From positions 1 through 54,156 of the forward strand of contig JBMYOQ010000020.1 of NCBI GenBank assembly GCA_049599475.1: a stretch of DNA of 54,156 nt, written 5' to 3'. The notes below the pieces were generated by a model that did no database searches, had not been told where the DNA came from, and saw only the letters and a program-made list of their open reading frames with translations. Made by a program: the position numbers and the translations under genes. Below are positions 39,437 to 48,641 of the stretch, in pieces; the stretch's first letter is position 1, and each line of letters begins with the position of its first letter. Origin of the DNA: Opitutales bacterium. GTDB taxonomy: Bacteria; Verrucomicrobiota; Verrucomicrobiia; Opitutales; JABSRG01.

Positions 39437-40759
39437 TTAGCTCGTAGCCATTTGCTCCTGAACCCACTCGGGCAATTCAGCCGTAATCTTCACGTTCATG
39501 TGAGCCATGATGTTGTAGAGTCCAAAGTATGCGCGATTAATGTAGAGCGCGTGAGGATTACCTCTTCCTGAGCTCAGGAGTTTCCACTCTTGGTCACTGC
39601 TGGTTTTTTCGCTGAAGGCCGCGATCTCGTCCATGTAGCTTGTATCGGAAAAGTCGAATGATTCGCTGTGGAATGGACGCCCTAATAGCTCGATGGATTC
39701 GCGGAAAATACTGACGAGCTTTTTGATATCTTTCTCAGAATCCTTTTCGAAGACTAGATCGAGTTTACGCAGCTGCTGGACGAACAGCTCATCGTCGTAG
39801 AGGCGATCGCGGTCGAGGAGCTGGAAATATTCGTAGTAGTAATCGTGGGGGATTTCCTTCACGCAACCAAAGTCGATCACCCAGAGTTCGCCGTCTTTTA
39901 CGATAAAATTGCCTGGATGCGGATCGGCGTGAAAGACTTTTAGAGTGTGCACTTGGTAATGATAAAAATCCCAGAGTGCTTGTCCTACCCGGTTCATGAC
40001 AACGGGATCTTTTTCCGTATTCGCGAACTTATCGAGCATCACCCCCTCGATCCAATCCATGGCGATAATTTTGCCACTAGACATCTCCGGGTAATAATTC
40101 GGGAAACGCGTATGCGGCAGGTGCGATGAGTCTTCAGACAGTTTCACGGAGCGCTGCAGCTCGAGTTCGTAGTCCGTCTCTTCGAGCAGACGGGCCTCCA
40201 TCTCGATAAAGTATTTCTCTACATCTGCGGGCGTGAGATCAAAGATTCGCGTAGCGAAGGGTTTTACTAGGCGGATGTCTGATTTGAGGCTTTCGGCGAC
40301 ACCGGGGTACTGCACCTTCACGGCATAGGTCTTCCCGTCTTTTTCGGCACGGTGGACCTGCCCTATCGAAGCCGCATTAACCGCGCTTCGGGTGAACGCA
40401 CCGAACATCTCATCCGGGTGCTTTCCAAATTCACGCTTGAAGGAGCGAACAACCAAAGGGAATGACAAGGGCGGCGCGGAATACTGCGCCTGCTGGAATT
40501 GATCGCGGTAAGCCTTCGGGATCAAATTGCGGTCGATGCTGAGCAGCTGAGCGACTTTGAGAGGGCCTCCCTTAAGCTTGCTAAAGGTCTCGTAGGAATC
40601 CTTGGCATTGTCCTGATCCAGCTTTTCCTTGCTGTCTTTATCGCCGACAGCCTTGCGAGCGATATGCTTCACATAATTGCCGCCAATCTTCGCGCCGGTA
40701 CCAGCTAGAGCGGCAGCCCGCGCGATCTTGTGCTTGGGAATAGAAGTTTGTTCGCGCAT
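39437..40759 (-). CDS. ABC1/UbiB/AarF atypical protein kinase
   Basis: LKGGPLKVAQ, AASIGQVHRA, AVKVQYPG, EETDY, HADPHPGNF, DFGCVK. Confidence 0.92.
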   Translation of the reverse strand: MREQTSIPKHKIARAAALAGTGAKIGGNYVKHIARKAVGDKDSKEKLDQDNAKDSYETFSKLKGGPLKVAQLLSIDRNLIPKAYRDQFQQAQYSAPPLSFPLVVRSFKREFGKHPDEMFGAFTRSAVNAASIGQVHRAEKDGKTYAVKVQYPGVAESLKSDIRLVKPFATRIFDLTPADVEKYFIEMEARLLEETDYELELQRSVKLSEDSSHLPHTRFPNYYPEMSSGKIIAMDWIEGVMLDKFANTEKDPVVMNRVGQALWDFYHYQVHTLKVFHADPHPGNFIVKDGELWVIDFGCVKEIPHDYYYEYFQLLDRDRLYDDELFVQQLRKLDLVFEKDSEKDIKKLVSIFRESIELLGRPFHSESFDFSDTSYMDEIAAFSEKTSSDQEWKLLSSGRGNPHALYINRAYFGLYNIMAHMNVKITAELPEWVQEQMATS

Positions 40760-40760
40760 C

Positions 40761-41399
40761 CTACTTGCGAATCGGGCCGATCACGAATTTGAAGAAATCG
40801 ATCGCCGAATCGATGACCTGAGTGCCGATCATGTCGAAGCCGAGGTTGACCGACTTTTCAATGAGAGCATCGGTCCGCTCAAAGGCCTGCGAATCATCAC
40901 CGAGGAAGCCTTCAATAATAAAGAAAAAGTGCCCCAACGAAAACTTGGAGTAGACCTCGTTTGCCCGTCCACGATCAGCCACAGAGCCATCGTTTTGCCC
41001 ATCAACCAAAAGGTTATCCGCAAACTCCAGATATCCTTCGCGTAGCGAGCACAGAGCAGAACTAGTAAATGCGCAGGAGCCGCGGGGGAATTTCACAAGC
41101 ATCAGCGAGCGGTTCTTTTTCGCGTGCTCGATAAAGGTGTAGAAAAAAGCCAAGCCCTTTTGACGCGCATCGTATCCCGCATAGTCCTCATCGGCATTAA
41201 GCGTCTCCAGTGTGTCGTTCAGCAATCCACGCCAGATTGCGGACTCTAGAGTGCTAAAAGAGGAAAACTCCTCATAAAAAGCCGCTTCCTCTGACTCGAG
41301 GCTCTTAGCAAACTTATAGACACTGGCGGGCTCTTTACCCTCCTCCAGCACATATTCCTTATAGGCGTCGATCCAGTCCTCACGGCTCAAAGTTTTCAT
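40761..41399 (-). CDS. TetR-like protein (C-terminal-domain family typically paired with ABC1 kinase)
   Basis: YVLEEG..PASVYKF, E..FY..F.SF, DDS..FERTDALIEKSV; stop lies 1 nt before the kinase start; likely start MKTLSR. Confidence 0.75.
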   Translation of the reverse strand: MKTLSREDWIDAYKEYVLEEGKEPASVYKFAKSLESEEAAFYEEFSSFSTLESAIWRGLLNDTLETLNADEDYAGYDARQKGLAFFYTFIEHAKKNRSLMLVKFPRGSCAFTSSALCSLREGYLEFADNLLVDGQNDGSVADRGRANEVYSKFSLGHFFFIIEGFLGDDSQAFERTDALIEKSVNLGFDMIGTQVIDSAIDFFKFVIGPIRK

Positions 41400-41494
41400 A
41401 GGGCAATCCATTTCAATTTTCCAAGATGTCAAAAAGTTCGGACGGAATGCCCCGAAAATGAGGGCGAGATTATCTTTGCCTAAACCATTCGACC

Positions 41495-43453
41495 TTAATC
41501 CTCGACCAGCCAGAGGAGATCGTAAGGCTCTAGCGTAATAGCCTCCGCGATGTGGAAAGAGCGTTCTGAGAGCATGTCCTTCAGGTGCTGTGAAAAGGTG
41601 ATTTCATTGATTGGGCCGGTTGCAATCGTCTGCGGCTTTTCCGAAAAATTTGCCAATACGATCACGCTGCTTCCGTCATGCCAACGCCGATAACTCAAGG
41701 TATGTTCCGTATCACAATCTATCAGCTGATTATGGTTTCCGCGGAAAGCTGGAGTCTCCTTGCGCAGGTGAAAGAGCTTTTGCACCTCGAGGAAAATCAA
41801 GCGTGTTTGGGATCCTTCCTGAAGGATTGCCTCACGGATGGACCAATCGATTTTCGGCCGATGAACCCAGCGGCTATCCTCGGCTTTTTCTGGATTATTC
41901 AAGTAGGTGTAGTCGTTGAGCAAACCCCACTCGTCGCCCATAAAAATCATCGGAATACCATCCATGCTGCATAAAACACCATACATCATGCGCATGCGCT
42001 TGAGCGCCATTTTCTTTAGCGATGGGTCTCCCCGCTTTTCGGCAAGTTCCAGACCAGATAAAGACGCCATCGTCCCGCAGACGCGCATATCGCCGGTGTC
42101 CTCATTATACTGAAAGGGAACCCCCTTCGAAAAGGTTCCAGGAAAACGCCCTGAGTAAAAACTATTTAAGAAGTTTCGGTGACCGTGAGGGTCGATCCCA
42201 ACATGCCATGCATCCTCATCCGCAAACGACCAGCCAATGTCGTCATGACTGCGTAAGTAATTGAGCCAAGCAGTACTAGGTTCCAGTTTTTGGCGATGTG
42301 ACAGGGAGTGTTTCAGCAGTTTTGTCTGCCGCGTAGCGATAGCTTCCCACATCAGCGCCATCAGCGTCGGATTGTAGGAAATCTGACATTCGTCGGGACT
42401 GATGTATTTCACGACTTCGTCAGGATGGACAATGGCTTCTGATTTAAAAGCGAGTCCCGGCGCCACGATCCGGCAGAGCGTATTGAAGGCCTGGATCAAC
42501 AGATGTGCTTCTGGGAGATTCTCACAATTCGTGCCCATTTTTTTCCAAATAAAAGCGACTGCATCAAGCCGCAGAATTTCGACTCCTGTATTGGCCAAAA
42601 ACAACATCTCCGAGGCCATCGCTCGAAAGACTTCCGGATTCGCGTATTTGAGATCCCACTGAAAACTGTTGAAGGAAGTCCAGACCCAGCGGCGCATCCC
42701 CTCATGCCAGGTAAAATTCCCCCGTCGTATCGTTGGGAAAATTTCCCTAAGATGCCGTTCATATTGATCGGGAATGGTACGATCTGGGAAAATGTGAAAA
42801 TAGTCCTGAAACTCAGGATCGCCTTCCTGAGCACGCAGGGCCCACATGTGATCATCAGAAGTATGATTAAATACAAAATCCAAAACGAGCGAGATCCCTG
42901 CCCTCCTCAAGTCGCTCGCCAAGCCGCTCAAATCTTCGACCGAGCCGAGCTTGGGATCTACAGAACGATAATCACTGATTGCGTAGCCTCCGTCACTATT
43001 TCCCGCTCGCGACGCGAAGAGAGGCATCAAATGCAAATAGGTAATGCCTAAGTCTTTCAGATAAGGAATATGCTCGCGCAGTGCGTTCAAATCACCTGCG
43101 TACAAATCGACGTAGAGCGACACCCCAACCATTTTCTCTGACAGATACCAACCCGGATCATTTTCTCTCCGCAGGTCCAGCTCGTAAAGATCGTCTGGGC
43201 GATTCAACCAACACTCTACCGCGGTCAGCAAGATTTGCTCTAAGTAATAAAAAAAGTCATAATGCGTACCATAAAGCTGATACAACAAAACAAACAAGCG
43301 TGGCCAATGCTCATCAAGCCGTGCCTCTATCGACTCGACCAATGATTCGGTGCTGTACAGAGAGTTGTTCGACTGCTCAATCAGGACTTTCACCCGAGGC
43401 ATTAGCCTCTTGAGCGATCTCTCTGCTTCGTAGTCGAGACTCCTCTCAGGCAT
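41495..43453 (-). CDS. Amylosucrase / sucrose hydrolase (GH13)
   Basis: YLHLMPL, SDGGYA, DFVFNHTS, RLDAVAFIWK, FKSEAIV, RSHDDIGW, DSRWVHRP; ATG at 43453 overlaps the upstream stop. Confidence 0.92.
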   Translation of the reverse strand: MPERSLDYEAERSLKRLMPRVKVLIEQSNNSLYSTESLVESIEARLDEHWPRLFVLLYQLYGTHYDFFYYLEQILLTAVECWLNRPDDLYELDLRRENDPGWYLSEKMVGVSLYVDLYAGDLNALREHIPYLKDLGITYLHLMPLFASRAGNSDGGYAISDYRSVDPKLGSVEDLSGLASDLRRAGISLVLDFVFNHTSDDHMWALRAQEGDPEFQDYFHIFPDRTIPDQYERHLREIFPTIRRGNFTWHEGMRRWVWTSFNSFQWDLKYANPEVFRAMASEMLFLANTGVEILRLDAVAFIWKKMGTNCENLPEAHLLIQAFNTLCRIVAPGLAFKSEAIVHPDEVVKYISPDECQISYNPTLMALMWEAIATRQTKLLKHSLSHRQKLEPSTAWLNYLRSHDDIGWSFADEDAWHVGIDPHGHRNFLNSFYSGRFPGTFSKGVPFQYNEDTGDMRVCGTMASLSGLELAEKRGDPSLKKMALKRMRMMYGVLCSMDGIPMIFMGDEWGLLNDYTYLNNPEKAEDSRWVHRPKIDWSIREAILQEGSQTRLIFLEVQKLFHLRKETPAFRGNHNQLIDCDTEHTLSYRRWHDGSSVIVLANFSEKPQTIATGPINEITFSQHLKDMLSERSFHIAEAITLEPYDLLWLVED

Positions 43454-45641
43454 ATTCCTCAACAAGACTCTCAGCCTGAACGTCCAGAGGATTTTCAGCT
43501 GGGATTTCAATCGTGTCTAAGAAGCGATAGTGGTGAATACCGTCTATAATTCCATTAGCATGATGTCCTGGAGCAAAGAATACACGCAGATATTTACGGA
43601 GCTTTTCAAGCTCTTGACTGTAATTTCCAACGACAACTCCCAATGTATTTCCGGCTAACATTGCCTCATCATTCCCGGAGTCGCCTGCAACCAGTATTTG
43701 CTCGAATGGCAGCCCCCATTTCATGGCAACATGCCTGATAGATACACCACTGCCGGCGCGCGTTGGAATGATGTCGAGGAACATTCCAAGAGACAATATT
43801 ACCTTAGCCCGCACTTTGTTTTCTCTCAGTATCCTCCGAAGACTCCGCACACTGGGTGCTACATCGAAATCGACTCTGTAGCTTATTTTAAATTCGGACT
43901 GCTCGTGCGGTGCCTGTAAATAGAGCCCTTCGATTCCATCCAACAGCTCATGTATGCGCTTCGGTTCCCAACGAAAGTTTATGTGCTTCTGCCAACTCTT
44001 ATCGAGAGTCAGGTTGCTACCATAATAAATTTCAGTGCCAACAGAGGAAATCAACAACTCCGGAGTGGGCATATCATAGCTTTAAATCAAGGCCAATGCG
44101 TCATCGTGACGACGCCCCGTGGCGATGCCGAAACCGATATTTTCGTCCGTATCCGCTATGAGGGAAAAGAACCGGCTCATCGCCTCATCATCACCGGTAA
44201 GGGTATTGTCAATATCAGCAATGATTATGCGATCCGTATTTTTTAGATTTCGTGGCATCCGACCCCGCGTCATTTTAGGGGGAGTATCGAAATTTTCCAA
44301 AATTGCTTTCACATCTCTCATGTATCGCTCGACATGACGTTGCCAAGAATAGTGTTTAAAGACGTTTTCAAGACCGTTCCATGACCACTCAGTCCACGCT
44401 TCAGGCTCTGTAAGGACTCGAAGGAGGGCCCGTTCAATTGCTTTGCCATCAAAGGGGTCGACAAGAATGCCGTTCTGACAATTTGCAATAATGTCCGTGG
44501 GACCACCGTCGTGCGTGGCAACGACAGGCGTTCCACTCGCGGCTGCCTCGAGAAGTGTAAGGCCAAAAGGCTCGGTCATCGCAGCATTGATGAATACCCC
44601 CTGCGACTGGGTGAGCTGGCGGTAAAGAGCGGGCACATCCTCTGAAGCGTGACTCTTGGGATAGGCTACTTTTCCGTATAGGTCATACACGTCAATCAGC
44701 GTCAGGACATTCTGCAGAACCGTCCGCTGGCCCGCAGGCATTTTGCGGATATCTTCGCGAGAGCCCATAATTAAGACAAGATTGGCAACCCGCTGCAATT
44801 GAGACGATTGTCCGTAGACCTCGACGAGTTTCTCGAGGTTTTTCCTCTCATCCGGGCGGGCCATAGCGACGATCATCGCTTTGCCAGGTTCGGTCAGAAA
44901 GGTATTAATGTCTCGCATGATCTGCGATTCAGGATCCTCGTCTTCCGGGGGGCGAAACGCTTTTAAATCGACCCCAGGAGGAATCACTTCCATACGCTCC
45001 GGAATATAGTGCTCATATTTCGAGTATTGATCGCGTGCCTCTTGATGAGTGCTGGTGCAGATAAGCGAGCACGTTTCGAGAGCGAATTCCTCAGCCTCAA
45101 TTCTCCGAGCAATTTGGTAACGCGATTCCACCTTTTCTGGAGACACTCCTGAGGCAATCAAGCGCTCCTTTTTCACACGCCCCAGTGAGTGTCCGGTAAA
45201 CACAAAGGGAATCGCCAAAAGGCGAGCCAACTGCGCCCCACCATACCCGGCGTCGGCATAATGGCCGTGAATGACATCCGGCATTCTGCGGGTTCGACGA
45301 AAATACTGCAGACACTGGTCAACAAACATATCCATGTAGGGCCATAGACGCGTTTTGCTCAAATAACGACGCGGGCCAAAGGGTATGCGCACAATGTATG
45401 CCTTCGGACCAATCTGCTCCTCAAGCTGAGCATATTCATCGGAGACCCGAGGATCAATAACTTGCCGCGTTATCAAATCCACCCGCTTGACGCGCTTGTC
45501 TTCAGCTAAGGCTCTGGCCAGCTCCACAACATAGCGTGTTTGCCCGCCGGTATCTCCATCGCGGCCGAGCTCAAGGTCTTCCCCTCGAATCAGACCATGC
45601 AAACTCACGAGCGATATATGTAATTTTTTATCCTCTCCCAT
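43446..45641 (-). pseudogene. Bifunctional sucrose-phosphate synthase/phosphatase interrupted by one in-frame TAA (ORFs 44082-45641 and 43446-44072)
   Basis: [54 protein letters not shown] before the stop, SSVGTEIYY and GDSGND after it in the same frame. The GT part may still be functional. Confidence 0.8.
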
Positions 45642-45644
45642 AAT

Positions 45645-46499
45645 TTAAACCTTATAAAAGCTTTTGTCGTCTGTCGTAGCACCTTGAAGCCCACAAGCGC
45701 GCGAAGCGAAATGACCAGCTTTCGAAATTAACTCCACGGCAGGCTCACTCCGCAAAATCCCTCCAAGCAGCACGGCTACGAAGGCATCCCCGGCCCCGAC
45801 GGTATCAACGAATGGATCCGGCTTCGGTGCGGGGCTGATAATTGCTGAGCCGTAGTCTCCATCAATCAAAGCACCCTCAGCTCCTGCAGTAAGCACAAGG
45901 TTCGCAATGGCATACTTTTCGCGAAACGCTGTCACGGAGCCCTGAGCTGCCTCAAAAGGAATCTTATCCGTGTCCATCATATAGCAGAGCTCATCCAGAT
46001 TAAGCTTCACCCAATCCGCAGACTGCATGTATCGCTCGATAAGCGCGCGGTTATAATAGGGTTCACGCAGATTGACATCAAAAAAACGTTGATCCGCGAC
46101 CTCCATAGCCGCGTCCAAAACTTCTTTATTCGCGGCAGATCGCAAGGCCAAGGACCCGTGATAGAGCAACTGGGACCCTGCAACTGAATCGGGACTCAAG
46201 AAATCCCACGCAACGTTTTCGCAAATCTCGTAGCGTTGATCGTCTCCATCGCGAATGACCTTCACAGTGCCCGTGTTCACATCAGCGACACGTGCGACCC
46301 CAGAAGCATCCATCCCCCAACGCGTCATTTGCTCCAAAATCTGCTCACCATCCGCGTCGTTGCCAACTGCGCTCAGCAGATGGGGATCGTGCCCCAGGCC
46401 CTTCAAGCCCCATGCGACATTAAAAGGAGCCCCTCCAAGGACGCGAACATCCGCCTCAAAGACGTCGAAGAGCACTTCGCCAAAGACCAAAAGGTCCAT
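45645..46499 (-). CDS. PfkB family carbohydrate kinase (fructokinase)
   Basis: FGEVLFD, GGAPFNVA, FDVNLR, KLNLDEL, DTVGAGDAF; start 46499 or 46541. Confidence 0.9.
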   Translation of the reverse strand: MDLLVFGEVLFDVFEADVRVLGGAPFNVAWGLKGLGHDPHLLSAVGNDADGEQILEQMTRWGMDASGVARVADVNTGTVKVIRDGDDQRYEICENVAWDFLSPDSVAGSQLLYHGSLALRSAANKEVLDAAMEVADQRFFDVNLREPYYNRALIERYMQSADWVKLNLDELCYMMDTDKIPFEAAQGSVTAFREKYAIANLVLTAGAEGALIDGDYGSAIISPAPKPDPFVDTVGAGDAFVAVLLGGILRSEPAVELISKAGHFASRACGLQGATTDDKSFYKV

Positions 46500-46600
46500 G
46501 TTCTTATTGTGCAATTCTGATGCATTTTGAGAGACAGGCATAATCGAAAACCATCTAGGCACTTGAAAAACCTGACGGTTCTGAAACCCTAACGACCGAT

Positions 46601-47428
46601 ATGACAATAAGCAAAGGTACAAATTCCAAGGTTCCCCGTATCCTAGCCACAGACCTAGATGGAACGCTCATTCCTCTTCCAAATAATTCAGAAAACACTC
46701 AGGACCTCAAAAAAATAGCACGTCACATAAATCTCGGGAAAAATATTTTCATCTTCGCGACTGGCCGCCCTTTTAAATCCACGCTCGAAGCTCTAGAAAT
46801 ATACGCTCTCCCCAAACCCCACTGGCTCATCTGTGATGTAGGAGCCTCCATATACTCGAACCTAGATGGGGAGTTCAAAAAACACACCCCCTACGAAACG
46901 TATTTGCGTAGCATTACAAAGAAGCTCAATCGCAACAATATCGAACTCCTATTAAGCGACATTCCGCATATCAACCTCCAGACGCCAGAGAACCAAACGG
47001 AGTTCAAAATCAGCTACCGTTGCGAAACAAGCTCTCTAGAAAGGGCATTACAAAATATCCGCACAAAGCTCTGCAATTCCGAGCTCCCGTTCGATTGCCT
47101 AGGCAGCGTGGACCCCTTTGAAAATTGTGGCCTTATTGATATCCTCCCTAAAGGCATTCATAAGTCTGCGGCCCTAAACTGGCTCGCACAGGATGCTCAA
47201 TTCGAGACTGACGAAATCGTGTATTCAGGAGACTCAGGCAACGATTACGCGGCCCTCACCTTCGGCTATCGCAGCATCCTAGTAAGTAATGCAAGCGACA
47301 CACTCGCGGCTCGCGTAGAGACCGCGCTCCAGGAATCTGGTTTGAGCGATCATTTATTTAAAGCGACCAAGGAAGCCACCAGCGGTGTCCTCGAAGGCTG
47401 GCGGCATTTCGGCGTAATTAATGGTTAG
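46601..47428 (+). CDS. HAD-IIB hydrolase, sucrose-phosphate phosphatase-like
   Basis: ATDLDGT, ATGR, ICDVG, FKISY, DILP...K, GDSGND; divergent from the sucrose operon. Confidence 0.85.
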   Translation: MTISKGTNSKVPRILATDLDGTLIPLPNNSENTQDLKKIARHINLGKNIFIFATGRPFKSTLEALEIYALPKPHWLICDVGASIYSNLDGEFKKHTPYETYLRSITKKLNRNNIELLLSDIPHINLQTPENQTEFKISYRCETSSLERALQNIRTKLCNSELPFDCLGSVDPFENCGLIDILPKGIHKSAALNWLAQDAQFETDEIVYSGDSGNDYAALTFGYRSILVSNASDTLAARVETALQESGLSDHLFKATKEATSGVLEGWRHFGVING

Positions 47429-47620
47429 CAACTTTCTTAAATCGTATTCAAGAATTCTCTACATTAAATAAAACGAATCTATTCAAATCACCAAAAGACA
47501 GGCAGGAGCAAGCGTCTAGGTCGTGCTAAATTTCGGTTCAACAGCCACCATTAGACACGACCCACTCGACGAGAATGGTTATTGCTTTCAAATAAGACTG
47601 CATACATGCCATAATTTCTG

Positions 47621-48340
47621 ATGAAGAACACCGTCACCAAGAAACCGCCTACTGAGGCACTGCGCGAAATTTTACGCCCTGGGTATCAGGCTTTCAAAGC
47701 TTACTGGCGCTTGTTTCTTAGCATACAGGTGGTGGCTGCGGTGTTTGTAATCGCCTACTACCAATTTTCGAGTGTTAGGAGTGCCGTGGGGTGGTTACGA
47801 GAACTCCAATCAAGCGGAGGGCTTTGGTTTGCGGCCGCGACCAATATTCTTTCGGGCGCCATTATTCCAGAGCTCGCCAAACTCAAATTTCGAGCAGCCG
47901 TTGAGAAACCCATCACTTGGGGTGATTTCGCGTTTCGATGCCTGCTGATGGCCCTAAGCGGTGTGATGGTATTTTACTTTTACCTGCTTCAAGATCACCT
48001 CTTTGGCTCAGGCATCGATGCACTGACTCTCCTCAAGAAGATCCTCTTTGACCAACTAGCTTTTGCGCCTCTCGTGGCGATTCCGTTCATCGTGGGCATG
48101 TTTATCCTGCATGAGAACAAATACAGCTGGGTCAACATCCGCCAAAATGTGACACTTCAGAACTACAAAAGCCGCATCCTCAGCCTCTGGGCGACCGCAC
48201 TCTCCTTCTGGCCAGTCATGCTCATCGTCATCTATGCAATGCCGGCTGACATGCAGTTTATTTTGTTTCTCTTCGCCAACGCAGCGTTCTGCCTCGTCAT
48301 GATGCTCGTCGCGAGCAATGGGTGGTCTGAGGAAGCTTGA
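47621..48340 (+). CDS. Membrane protein, Mpv17/PMP22-like
   Basis: KKILFDQLAFAP and FWP motifs, about 6 TM. Confidence 0.6.
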   Translation: MKNTVTKKPPTEALREILRPGYQAFKAYWRLFLSIQVVAAVFVIAYYQFSSVRSAVGWLRELQSSGGLWFAAATNILSGAIIPELAKLKFRAAVEKPITWGDFAFRCLLMALSGVMVFYFYLLQDHLFGSGIDALTLLKKILFDQLAFAPLVAIPFIVGMFILHENKYSWVNIRQNVTLQNYKSRILSLWATALSFWPVMLIVIYAMPADMQFILFLFANAAFCLVMMLVASNGWSEEA

Positions 48341-48391
48341 TGTCTGAGCTATGCGAGACTTACGAGCGAATTCAACGTGGTAAAAGGCCTC

Positions 48392-48523
48392 ACGCGAAGG
48401 CGCGAAGACGCGAAGCTTATGAGTCTGGAAATCAACTTTCGTGCACGTAAGTTTGGAGCATAACTGGAATTTTCTCTAACCCACTATTTGTCTCAATTCC
48501 TTCGCGTATTCGCGGCTTCGCGT
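48392..48523. repeat. Inverted repeat, each arm three copies of an ACGCGAAG-like octamer
   Basis: 48392-48415 ACGCGAAGGCGCGAAGACGCGAAG vs 48500-48523 CTTCGCGTATTCGCGGCTTCGCGT; 22/24 complementary; 84-nt spacer. Confidence 0.85.
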
Positions 48524-48641
48524 TTGCCCACCCCAGCGGTTTATCTTTCCCTCCAATTGCACGCAAACGGCGTTGACAGCGCTCTCTGCTTGCGAGTTTC
48601 TGGATCGTTCTCGATAGACATCTTTCCTTGCCCATACAGCC

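Noticed and set aside
44082..44084. Alternative genetic code or programmed readthrough
   Set aside because: TAA terminates many ordinary genes here and only one such case was found
46500..46622. Overlap of the fructokinase and SPP 5' ends in the ORF track
   Set aside because: Artefact of longest-ORF calling; the kinase homology starts at 46499
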